A stretch of DNA of 64,000 bases, taken from contig CAWJQN010000003.1 of the NCBI GenBank assembly GCA_963845115.1, positions 391,694-455,693 on the forward strand, in the 5' to 3' direction. Shown in pieces: positions 1 through 7,578 of the stretch (positions within the stretch are counted from its first letter, which is position 1; each line of letters begins with the position of its first letter). A program made the position numbers and the translations under genes. Source of the DNA: an uncultured delta proteobacterium. GTDB taxonomy: Bacteria > Desulfobacterota > Desulfobulbia > Desulfobulbales > Desulfocapsaceae. The notes beneath the pieces were generated by a model that was given only the letters and a program-made list of their open reading frames with translations, was not told the DNA's origin and did not search any database.

Positions 1-231
1 AAGAAGCCGCTGCTCCCGAAAAGCCACATGCGTCTTCTGAGATGCGTCGATTGCTGCTTGAAAATCTCCGGGAGGATCAGACGGAGCTGCGCTATCGGCA
101 ACAGCCGGACAGGTCAGTACAAGTAAATAAAGCCCAGTCAATATCAGTAAAAGTGGAAATGAGGCCAATATGGCGATCCGATTACGAGCCAGCGTAAGAT
201 TAATGAAAATAGTCTTGTATAACGGTGGCAT
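1..231 (-). CDS. hypothetical exported/membrane protein, N-terminal part only (gene runs off the left edge)
   Basis: The complement ATG at 229-231 opens a frame that stays open to position 1. The translation MPPLYKTIFINLTLARNRIAILASFPLLLILTGLYLLVLTCPAVADS... looks like a signal peptide or TM helix. It is absent from the ORF track because it has no stop in the window. Confidence 0.35.
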   Translation of the reverse strand, partial: MPPLYKTIFINLTLARNRIAILASFPLLLILTGLYLLVLTCPAVADSAAPSDPPGDFQAAIDASQKTHVAFREQRLL

Positions 232-298
232 TTAGCTGTCCTGATCATTCACCGCAGTCTCGAATCGGTGGCAGCGCCACGTTCGGAATCAAGAAGCG

Positions 299-1135
299 TC
301 ACAAGGGCTTCGGTCGGGGAATAACTTCCGTCACAGCTCTTTCTCTTGTGAGCATGTCCTTGTCTTTCCACCAAACGATAAGGGTTGCAACAACAATCAG
401 CAGGTATGTGTCATAGGGTTGCGCATCCGGGAAAATCGGATTCATGAGCGAAAAGTGGAAGAATGCCGAGAGAAGAATGCTGCCACGCGAGTTGTTAAAC
501 AGTGCGGTTGCGATGACGCTGATCGCCAGGCATCCAGCCAAAAATGCCGTGAATGACCACTCGCTCTGCTGGGTTCCGCTCAACAGGAAGGCCGGCAGAT
601 GCCACAGCCCCCAGATGGCTCCAAGAATCAGTCCAGCCCAAAGCGGAGCGAATTTCCTTTGCAGAAGAGGAAGTGCAAGACCCCGCCAGCCGAACTCCTC
701 GATCGGGCCTTTGATGGCGGCAAGGGTCAAGGCCACGATCAGCCCCTGAAAGGACGCAAAGGGGAAAGGTTCCGCCAGAAGGTTCCCTCTAATCGCCGAC
801 CCAACAATGAAGATCAGTGGCACGCCAATGATAAGAAAGGCATACCAGGCCGCGCTGCAACGCCATAACAATGCCCGGCCGAGAAAACGCAGTAAACCGC
901 CGAAACCGTCGTTGCGGGCCACAAGAATAAACGCTGCGATTGCAGGCGCGTATACGGCCAGGAAAAAAAGCGGATGGTTACCGGTGAGCTGTCCAAAAAC
1001 TGTTCCCATAAGGTCCGGGAGAAGGATGTACAGTCCAAGGATACCCCAAGCGATGCCGAACGAGATCAGCAGAAAGGGAGTAATTGAACGGAACCGCATG
1101 CGGCATGCTTCAGGTGCTGAGGTGCGTTGATGCAT
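299..1135 (-). CDS. CPBP-family intramembrane glutamic endopeptidase (CAAX protease / bacteriocin self-immunity family)
   Basis: Multi-TM ORF with the CPBP motifs visible: EEFGWRG (EExxxR), WGLWHLP and FFHFSLMN (HxxxN). The track start at 1156 is a TTG that lies inside a GTTGGCC heptamer of the upstream repeat. I therefore use the first ATG at 1135 (MHQRTS...). Confidence 0.8.
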   Translation of the reverse strand: MHQRTSAPEACRMRFRSITPFLLISFGIAWGILGLYILLPDLMGTVFGQLTGNHPLFFLAVYAPAIAAFILVARNDGFGGLLRFLGRALLWRCSAAWYAFLIIGVPLIFIVGSAIRGNLLAEPFPFASFQGLIVALTLAAIKGPIEEFGWRGLALPLLQRKFAPLWAGLILGAIWGLWHLPAFLLSGTQQSEWSFTAFLAGCLAISVIATALFNNSRGSILLSAFFHFSLMNPIFPDAQPYDTYLLIVVATLIVWWKDKDMLTRERAVTEVIPRPKPL

Positions 1136-1150
1136 GTTTTCTTTTTTCTT

Positions 1151-1222
1151 GGCCAACGTGAAGTTAAGCGGCGGGCTTCAGCGAGTCCGGCGCAGTGTAA
1201 CGGAGCGCACTTAAACGATAGG
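1151..1222 (-). repeat. intergenic repeat copy A (attC-like candidate), truncated on its 5' side by the IS3 remnant
   Basis: 1167-1191 (AGCGGCGGGCTTCAGCGAGTCCGGC) matches 5161-5185 at 22/25 positions. It also shares GCGAGTCCGG with 6962-6971. Read on the minus strand it shows inverted arms GTTTAAG...GCTTAAC, then 5 nt, then GTTGGCC (close to GTTRRRY). Confidence 0.45.
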
Positions 1223-1412
1223 TGAATCGGCTCTGGTTTTGTAGACGATTTACACCTTCACCGCATGCTGCTGCTCGTATTCGACCGGTGAAAGATCATC
1301 GTAGAATCCGTGCCGACGAACCGGATTATATAACATTTCAATGCAGTTGAACACGTCCCGACGGGCAGTTTCACGGTATTTGTAAATATTCTGTCCGATA
1401 AGCTCACCGTAA
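1223..1412 (-). mobile_element. IS3-family insertion sequence remnant (3' end of the transposase gene plus terminal inverted repeat)
   Basis: Minus-strand translation gives ...ELIGQNIYKYRETARRDVFNCIEMLYNPVRRHGFYDDLSPVEYEQQHAVKV*, with the stop at 1250-1252. This is the typical extreme C-terminus of an IS3 DDE/rve transposase. 1223-1250 (TGAATCGGCTCTGGTTTTGTAGACGATT) resembles an IS3-type terminal IR beginning TG. No catalytic core lies upstream, so the element is truncated. Confidence 0.7.
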
Positions 1413-1547
1413 AAAAGAATGTTCTTGCAATGAGTCGTTCACACGGAAAAACCTATGAGCTCAGGACTAGTGCGATTAAAATGGATAATCAACAATCAAG
1501 ATTACGTTTTTTGTTCCATTTACATAATTTGCAACGAGAAGGGAACT

Positions 1548-3917
1548 ATGACACCCGAGATAATTCTTGTATTTGTAATACTGTTGGTGGTTATCAGTGT
1601 GCTGGTGACCGAGCTTATGCCGCTGGAAGTGCTTGCAATGCTCGTTCTTGGAGTGTTAGCAATTACCGGATTAGTGAGTCCGGTAGAGGCCCTTGCCGGC
1701 TTTAGCAATCCGGCCGTCGTTACTATCTGGGCGGTATTTATCTTGAGCGGGGGGCTCACCCGAACCGGCATAGCCAATATTCTCGGCAGGTATCTGCTGA
1801 AAATGGTGGGCTCGGGAGAGACACGACTGGTGATTCTCATCATGCTTATTGCCGGCGGGCTTTCTGCGTTCATGAACAATGTTGCGGTCGCCGCATTGAT
1901 GTTGCCGGTTGTTATGGATATCGCCCGGAAAACCGGGCACTCTCCCTCGCGAATCCTGATGCCGCTGGCCTACGGTTCACTCTTGGGTGGGCTTACCACC
2001 ATGATTGGTACCCCCCCTAACATCCTGGTGAGCGAGGCGTTACGAACAAATGGTCTCACCCCCTTTGGCCTTTTTGATTTTACGCCAGTGGGCCTCATTG
2101 TCATGGTTGGCGGGACGCTTTTTGTCACTTTTTTCTGTCTTCGGCTGCTGCCCGATTCCAGTAAGCAGACGACAGGACAGGTAACTGAGAAGCATGTTCT
2201 CGCGAGATATAAGATCCAGGAGCGGCTTTTCAAGATTCGAATTCCGCAAAAATCCGCGCTCATAGGGAAGACGCTGGTCTCCAGCGACCTGGGAGCTCGT
2301 CTGGGCCTCAATGTTATTGGCATAACTCGCGGGCTCCGGACTATTCTTGCTCCTGAGATAACGGAGCGAATACAGGTTGGCGATGAACTGATTGTTGAAG
2401 GACGGTATGATCCAATTGAAGAAATAAAGAACTGGGGACAACTCCTGACAGAGAATTCAGATTCCGAATTACCGTGCCTGCAATGCTTCTCAATGGAAGT
2501 GGCGAAGGTTCAGCTCGCTGCAAACAGTCCATGGAGTAACAAGAACCTCTCAGATCTCAGCTTTCGTAACAGCTTTGGGCTCAATGTTCTGGCAGTTATT
2601 CGCGCCGGCAAGAAGATCGATCATAATGTCAAGTCGTTACAGTTGAGAGAAGAGGATACGCTTGTTGTACACGGCCCAATTGCAAACATCGACAGGTTTG
2701 CATCAGAAGAGGGTGTCCTGGCACCTGCGATCCTGGCTAAAGAGGATGTGGCAAATGACTACATGTACAAGCGCAAGGTGCGCCTGCTTGATGTACCTGA
2801 AAACTCGAAACTGGTGGGTCTTACGGTTGCCGACAGCCGCCTGGGAGATAGTCTCGATATACAGATTCTGGCAATTGTCAGAGAGGACGGCACTGCTCTT
2901 GTGCCAACACCCGATGTGCAATTTGAAGCCGGCGACAGACTTTTAGTTTCGGGAATGTCAGATCTCGCTGCGGCTCTGCTCATGTATGGCCTGGATGTAG
3001 TTTTTGACAGCGATCAGCTGGAGCCCGTAGATTTATCGGTTCTTGAAAATGACCAGTTTGGGCCGGTTGAAGTTATCCTCTCTCCTTATTCTGTGCTCTC
3101 CGGCCAGACCTTGGAAGAGATCAGTTTTCGGGAAAAATTTGGTCTGACGGTCCTTGCAGTCCTAAGAAAAGGCCGTGTTATCAGAACTGGACTGAGCAGT
3201 TTGCGATTGGAGTTTGGGGATGCTCTATTGCTCTTCGGAAGCTGGAAAAAACTGGCTGTGCTCGGTCGTGAACCTGATTTTGTGGTATTGACCGAGGAAA
3301 TGCAGGAGGTTGCCCGGGAGGAGAAGGCAAAAACGGCCCTGGTAATAATGGCAGCCGTATTGGTGCCGGTTATGCTCGGTTTAGTGCCGATTTATATTGC
3401 CGTGGTCATAGGAGCAGCGTTAATGGTGCTGACCAAATGCCTGACAATGGATGAGGCATACCGTTATATCGAATGGAAAGCCGTTTTCCTGATCGCCGGC
3501 ATGTTACCCCTGGGGGTGGCACTGGATAAAACCGGCGCAGCATCACTTGTGGCGGAGCAGGTAATTAACCTGCTTGGGCCGTTTGGCCCCTATGGTATTC
3601 TTTTTGGCCTGCTCGCTATCACCTTTGTGGCAACCAGCATAATTCCCACAGCGGCACTGGTGGTCCTGATGGTGCCAATTGCGTTGAAAACATCAGCGGG
3701 ACTTGGGATTTCTCCTTATCCACTGATGATGGGAATTGCCATGGCCGCTTCTTCGAGTTTCACCTCACCCATATCTCATCCTGCAAATGTTTTAGTGATG
3801 GGGCCCGGCGGATATAAATTTATGGATTACATCAAGGTCGGTGTGCCGCTGACACTGGTCATTTTTGCAATTCTGATGGTGGTGATACCTGTATTCTGGC
3901 CATTAACAGGACAATGA
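1548..3917 (+). CDS. SLC13/DASS-type anion permease with four internal RCK_C (TrkA-C) domains
   Basis: Start moved to ATG 1548 (GAAGGGA upstream; MTPEIILVF...). Hydrophobic permease halves flank four tandem ~70-aa repeats of TrkA-C type: ...ALIGKTLVSSDLGARLGLNVIGITRG..., ...NKNLSDLSFRNSFGLNVLAVIRAG..., ...KLVGLTVADSRLGDSLDIQILAIVRED... and ...LSGQTLEEISFREKFGLTVLAVLRKG... Confidence 0.85.
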   Translation: MTPEIILVFVILLVVISVLVTELMPLEVLAMLVLGVLAITGLVSPVEALAGFSNPAVVTIWAVFILSGGLTRTGIANILGRYLLKMVGSGETRLVILIMLIAGGLSAFMNNVAVAALMLPVVMDIARKTGHSPSRILMPLAYGSLLGGLTTMIGTPPNILVSEALRTNGLTPFGLFDFTPVGLIVMVGGTLFVTFFCLRLLPDSSKQTTGQVTEKHVLARYKIQERLFKIRIPQKSALIGKTLVSSDLGARLGLNVIGITRGLRTILAPEITERIQVGDELIVEGRYDPIEEIKNWGQLLTENSDSELPCLQCFSMEVAKVQLAANSPWSNKNLSDLSFRNSFGLNVLAVIRAGKKIDHNVKSLQLREEDTLVVHGPIANIDRFASEEGVLAPAILAKEDVANDYMYKRKVRLLDVPENSKLVGLTVADSRLGDSLDIQILAIVREDGTALVPTPDVQFEAGDRLLVSGMSDLAAALLMYGLDVVFDSDQLEPVDLSVLENDQFGPVEVILSPYSVLSGQTLEEISFREKFGLTVLAVLRKGRVIRTGLSSLRLEFGDALLLFGSWKKLAVLGREPDFVVLTEEMQEVAREEKAKTALVIMAAVLVPVMLGLVPIYIAVVIGAALMVLTKCLTMDEAYRYIEWKAVFLIAGMLPLGVALDKTGAASLVAEQVINLLGPFGPYGILFGLLAITFVATSIIPTAALVVLMVPIALKTSAGLGISPYPLMMGIAMAASSSFTSPISHPANVLVMGPGGYKFMDYIKVGVPLTLVIFAILMVVIPVFWPLTGQ

Positions 3918-4086
3918 ACCCGGCGTTTCAAGTTCCAGTCAGAATAGAGGCGCCTGATCTCCACTCATAGATGAACTTGAAGCTCTGCTCCATTTTAGTC
4001 GTTTCCGTCCAGGCCACGGCAGAATTCAGCCACCGTTGAAGGCGGGCGGCAGGAAAGACTTGTTGGGCGAATTGTCATGCACTGTT

Positions 4087-5007
4087 TCATGCCTTGTCCC
4101 CCAATGACTGGCTGATTCCCTGACTGTATGGCGTCGGTTGCAAACCAAATACAGATTCGATCTTGGTGCTTTCGAAACGATAATCATGCTCGAACTGGTA
4201 CATCATTTCCTCATTTTCACGAAGCACTGGCATAAAGACTCCCATGAGCTTCAGTATCAGACGCGGTGCGACTTGCAGCTTGTAAGGTTGGCCGCTCAGA
4301 TTGCATGCCAAACGCACGAAGTCCGCCCCCGTAGGCATCTCCTTGGAGGTTGGCAGGTGCCACGTTTGGCCATATGAGTCCGATGATCGTCCCAACACAG
4401 CGACGGCATGCCCGGCATCTGGCGTAAACGTAAACGTATGCACCGCGTTCGCGTTGCCTATCCACTGTGGTGCCTTTCCAGCCTTGAGACGCTCAAACAC
4501 TGTGACATGTGGAAAGCTTTGTACTGCGCCGGGACCGTAAAAATCAGCCGAACGCACGATCATCGCCTGCAGACTGCCATTGCGAATTTCTTCGAGCAGC
4601 ATCGTTGCAATCTTTGCCCTGACTTCGCCCTTTTTACTGATTGGATTGAACGGGGTATCCTCCGTCATCACACCGTCAACCCGGCCATACGCATAAACAT
4701 TGTCGAAGAACACGAGGCTTGCGCCATGCCTTTTGCAGGCGTCAATTGTATTGCGCATAAGACGCGGCCATTGCTCCTGCCAGACAGATGCGTTGTATTT
4801 CAAACCTGCCACCAGATAGACGACTTCGCTACCGGCTACTGCATTGGCGGTTGCCTGGGTGTCCAGGAGATCGGCCCCTAATGTCTCGTCAGTTGGGTTT
4901 ACTTTCCAAGGATTCCGGCTCACCTGCCGGATGTCAGAAGTATATGCGGCCAGTGCTCGCGATAGCTCCTGAGCAATGACTCCATTGGCACCAAGTATCG
5001 TATGCAT
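4087..5007 (-). CDS. NAD(P)-binding epimerase/dehydratase-like protein (atypical/extended SDR)
   Basis: Track ORF 4087-5199 trimmed to ATG 5007, with AGGAGG about 10 nt upstream. The N-terminus MHTILGANGVIAQEL is a Rossmann GxxGxxG-type site. The 64 upstream codons of the track ORF run through an intergenic repeat. Confidence 0.7.
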   Translation of the reverse strand: MHTILGANGVIAQELSRALAAYTSDIRQVSRNPWKVNPTDETLGADLLDTQATANAVAGSEVVYLVAGLKYNASVWQEQWPRLMRNTIDACKRHGASLVFFDNVYAYGRVDGVMTEDTPFNPISKKGEVRAKIATMLLEEIRNGSLQAMIVRSADFYGPGAVQSFPHVTVFERLKAGKAPQWIGNANAVHTFTFTPDAGHAVAVLGRSSDSYGQTWHLPTSKEMPTGADFVRLACNLSGQPYKLQVAPRLILKLMGVFMPVLRENEEMMYQFEHDYRFESTKIESVFGLQPTPYSQGISQSLGDKA

Positions 5008-5138
5008 GGTGCGACATCCTCCTCTAAAATCTTGTCGATTTCTCCTGCCCAAAAACACCGCTAAACCTGTCAACGAGGAGACCCATTCCCTGCTTGACAT
5101 GGCGATGGCTCTCTCTATGGGACTCAGAGTCCTGAGAC

Positions 5139-5215
5139 GCCCAACGCAAACGCTGAGTAGAGCGGTGAGCTTCAGCGAATCCGGCAAAGCAGAGCACAAT
5201 TAACCGAAATGTAAT
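5139..5215 (-). repeat. intergenic repeat copy C (attC-like candidate)
   Basis: 5161-5185 (AGCGGTGAGCTTCAGCGAATCCGGC) matches copy A at 22/25 positions. CGGTGAGCT (5163-5171) is identical to 6938-6946. On the minus strand the element ends with GTTGGGC (5145->5139), a perfect GTTRRRY heptamer. Confidence 0.45.
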
Positions 5216-5287
5216 CTATTTATTCTGTTATTCTTTTTCTTTGGTATTTCTTATTCTTTCCACCACCTGGCGGACATCGGGGATGCA

Positions 5288-5488
5288 TCATGTACCTTTG
5301 GGATTTTTAATTTCGCAGTTACAGCCTTTGTTCATTTTTTCTACTTTTATTTTTTCGAGAATCTTGGAGTAGCCATGATTCTTGAAATCTTCCTCAATGT
5401 CTTTCTTCGTGTATTCAAAACAGAAACAGAACAAATCATTACCTTCGAATTTGTTGTTTTCAGTCGAGTCTTTGATGTGTTGGATCAT
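5288..5488 (-). CDS. small Cys-pair protein, possible BFD-like [2Fe-2S]/metal-binding mini-domain
   Basis: 66-aa AT-rich ORF with CFC...(~32 aa)...CNC spacing. I can make no firm family assignment. Confidence 0.35.
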   Translation of the reverse strand: MIQHIKDSTENNKFEGNDLFCFCFEYTKKDIEEDFKNHGYSKILEKIKVEKMNKGCNCEIKNPKGT

Positions 5489-5625
5489 TTTAATCTTTTA
5501 TCAGATAACGCCACAATCATGGAACCGAAGCGTGGTAAGGATTTTTACTGCTAGCCTTGAGCAAAGCGACAGACAGCAGCAGCGGGGCGCGGTTTTGGGT
5601 CGCCGTGGATTGACTTTTTAGAACT

Positions 5626-6441
5626 TTACGCGAACATTTTACTGGTAACTTCTTTCAGGAGTTTCGCGGCCACCATAGCGGTCACGCCATTAATGTCTCT
5701 TTCAGGATTAAACTCTACAATATCTGCACCCACCAGTTCTCCTTTCAGATTTTGTATAATCTCTAAAAGCTCTCGAGTACTCATTCCTCCCGGCTCATGG
5801 TGAGAAATACCTGGCGCATATGCAGGATCAAGGCAGTCCAAATCGATGGACATATATACCGGGCCGTCAAACTTCACATCTTTAGCAGTTGAAATACTCT
5901 TCATATCAATAACTTCCACTCCAAATTTATCAACCTGCTCTCTTTGGTGGCCGGTCATTGTCCGAATCCCGACTTGGACGAGTCTAACCGCGAGCTCTTC
6001 TTCCATAATGCGAGCAAATGGACAGGCATGGGAATGACGATTTCCCCTCAAATCGTCATAGAGGTCGGGGTGGGCGTCTAAATGAAGAATACTCAGATTT
6101 TTATATGACTTCGCAAAAGCGCGAATAATAGGAAACGTAATAGAATGGTCACCGCCTAACGAAATAACTTTTGAGCCATTTTTTACTAATTCATCAATTT
6201 CATTTTCAATTTTCTCAAACGCTGAAAATTCTTTTTCAAACTGTATATCTTCATTGATTTGCAAGGTGGACAACGCCCCCAAATCAATTAAATCTTCCGT
6301 CCACAAATTAGACGAATCGCAGTTCAGGGCTGCTTTAATGATCGCAGGCGCTGATGCAGCCCCTCTTTTATAAGAAGAGTTGCTGTCGAGTGGCACACCG
6401 ATAACAACGACACTCTTTTTATTATTTTTTTCTCTACCCAT
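5626..6441 (-). CDS. speB: agmatinase / ureohydrolase (arginase family)
   Basis: Arginase-fold Mn-site motifs are visible: GGDHSITFP, LHLDAHPDLYD, SIDLDCLDPAYAPG and HEPGG. The length of 271 aa is typical of compact agmatinases. Confidence 0.8.
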   Translation of the reverse strand: MGREKNNKKSVVVIGVPLDSNSSYKRGAASAPAIIKAALNCDSSNLWTEDLIDLGALSTLQINEDIQFEKEFSAFEKIENEIDELVKNGSKVISLGGDHSITFPIIRAFAKSYKNLSILHLDAHPDLYDDLRGNRHSHACPFARIMEEELAVRLVQVGIRTMTGHQREQVDKFGVEVIDMKSISTAKDVKFDGPVYMSIDLDCLDPAYAPGISHHEPGGMSTRELLEIIQNLKGELVGADIVEFNPERDINGVTAMVAAKLLKEVTSKMFA

Positions 6442-6502
6442 ATTTCAAATTATTACTGATTTTCAGACTGGTATTTATTGATTCTGACACCCAATTATGT
6501 GG

Positions 6503-6616
6503 TGAGCAACGCACAAACCAAGTTGCTGCATTCCACCGTAAATACCCAAACGCACTGCAAAACCAGAACGCCAAGCGTTGCGAATCCACTTGAATTGTTT
6601 ATTGGATGCGTTCTCA
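6503..6616 (-). repeat. ~114-nt imperfect palindromic element E (attC-like candidate)
   Basis: The arms TGAGCAACGCACAAACCAA (6503-6521) and TTGGATGCGTTCTCA (6602-6616) are inverted repeats (4+6+4 paired positions) with a single-base bulge and one asymmetric internal loop. The minus strand reads GAGAAC...GTTGCTC at the ends. The interior contains GCGAATCCAC (6580-6589), related to the GCGA[A/G]TCCGG core of copies A, B and C. Confidence 0.45.
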
Positions 6617-6618
6617 AA

Positions 6619-6915
6619 TTAGAACGGGTAATCAAACACAACGATATCTTCCAGCAACGGCCTAAACACTTGCTTCAGCGCTTCATGCTCGGCGTGTGGG
6701 AGATAGTTTTGACGCCCCGCTTCATCCGCGAACGTCATTAAGACTGAGTGCGTATAACCCTTGTTCTTGCCTTCGGGGCTATCGTTGATTCCCCATTCTA
6801 CCGATACGACACCCTCAACTCTTTCAGGAATCGATTCAAACAAGCCCTTGAGCTTGTCGATTTCTGATAGCAGAGATGAGTCTTTAAATTTAATAAGTAA
6901 GATATGTCGAATCAT
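6619..6915 (-). CDS. Dabb-family stress-responsive A/B-barrel protein
   Basis: 98 aa. It starts MIRHILLIKFKD and continues ...VVSVEWGINDSPEGKNKGYTHSVLMTF...YLPHAEH, the typical Dabb dimeric alpha/beta-barrel pattern. Confidence 0.75.
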   Translation of the reverse strand: MIRHILLIKFKDSSLLSEIDKLKGLFESIPERVEGVVSVEWGINDSPEGKNKGYTHSVLMTFADEAGRQNYLPHAEHEALKQVFRPLLEDIVVFDYPF

Positions 6916-6924
6916 TTATTTCAT

Positions 6925-6989
6925 CCTAAACTGCTAACGGTGAGCTAGCCGGCGAACTGCTGCGAGTCCGGTGGAACGCTTGGTTATCT
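6925..6989 (-). repeat. intergenic repeat copy B (attC-like candidate)
   Basis: It fills the VF530-Dabb spacer. The minus strand reads AGATAAC (overlapping the VF530 stop codon), then CAAGC, then GTTCCACCGGACTCGC...GCTCACCGTTAGCAGTTTAGG. It shares GCGAGTCCGG with copy A and CGGTGAGCT with copy C. Confidence 0.4.
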
Positions 6990-7289
6990 TTTTGTAATTT
7001 TTGAATGTTTGTTCACATTACTATTTTGCTTTTTCCGATGTCGCCCTTTTTCTTTGCGGATCACAAAGTGATAGATATAGAGTTTTTCAACTTTCTCTCT
7101 TGCCCAAGGAGTTCTACGAAGGAAGTTCAAACTAGTATTAATGGCTGGATTCAAGCTAAACACTTTAATTTTAATTTTATCGGCGAGGTAGGGAAAACCA
7201 TGGTATTCTACCAAGTCTTCTAGCATGTTTTTAAGCGTTACCCCATGTAAGGGATCTTTACCTTTGGAGTCCTTATTTTCTATCATCAT
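6984..7289 (-). CDS. VF530-family (DUF2132) putative DNA-binding protein
   Basis: DPLHGVTLKNMLEDLVEYHGFPYLADKIKIKVF...NTSLNFLRRTPWAREKVEKLYIY matches the DUF2132/VF530 four-helix protein pattern. Confidence 0.7.
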   Translation of the reverse strand: MMIENKDSKGKDPLHGVTLKNMLEDLVEYHGFPYLADKIKIKVFSLNPAINTSLNFLRRTPWAREKVEKLYIYHFVIRKEKGRHRKKQNSNVNKHSKITKR

Positions 7290-7578
7290 CTCATTCTATA
7301 AATGGTATGGATCGTACTTCAAGTGAGGTTACCGTAATAAAAATATTTAACTTTCAGTGACAAACTCAAAAATTGGTATTTTTCTACCCTCAACTTCAAT
7401 CAATTCAATGAACATTTTTTTTGGCCTTACCGACATGCTCTGATCGCTACTTATTCTAATTTTCGTTCAAATTGATCTTAATATAACGTCGCGGCTTTTC
7501 TCGGATTTCGCATCACTCGCCTCGACTAATTTCAGATAAAGGAGTCCCTAAGACGGTAACGACACCTTTCAGTTTTTA

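Noticed and set aside
5008-5199. 64-codon N-terminal extension of the SDR ORF (track start 5199).
   Set aside because: The extension runs through the intergenic repeat copy C. A strong AGGAGG precedes the internal ATG at 5007, and the Rossmann motif begins right there.
5489-5625. The agmatinase / 66-aa ORF spacer as a further copy of the repeat family.
   Set aside because: I could find only weak fragments (GGCTAGC...AGCAGT) shared with copy B. It has no convincing inverted arms and no GCGA.TCC core, so I do not call it.
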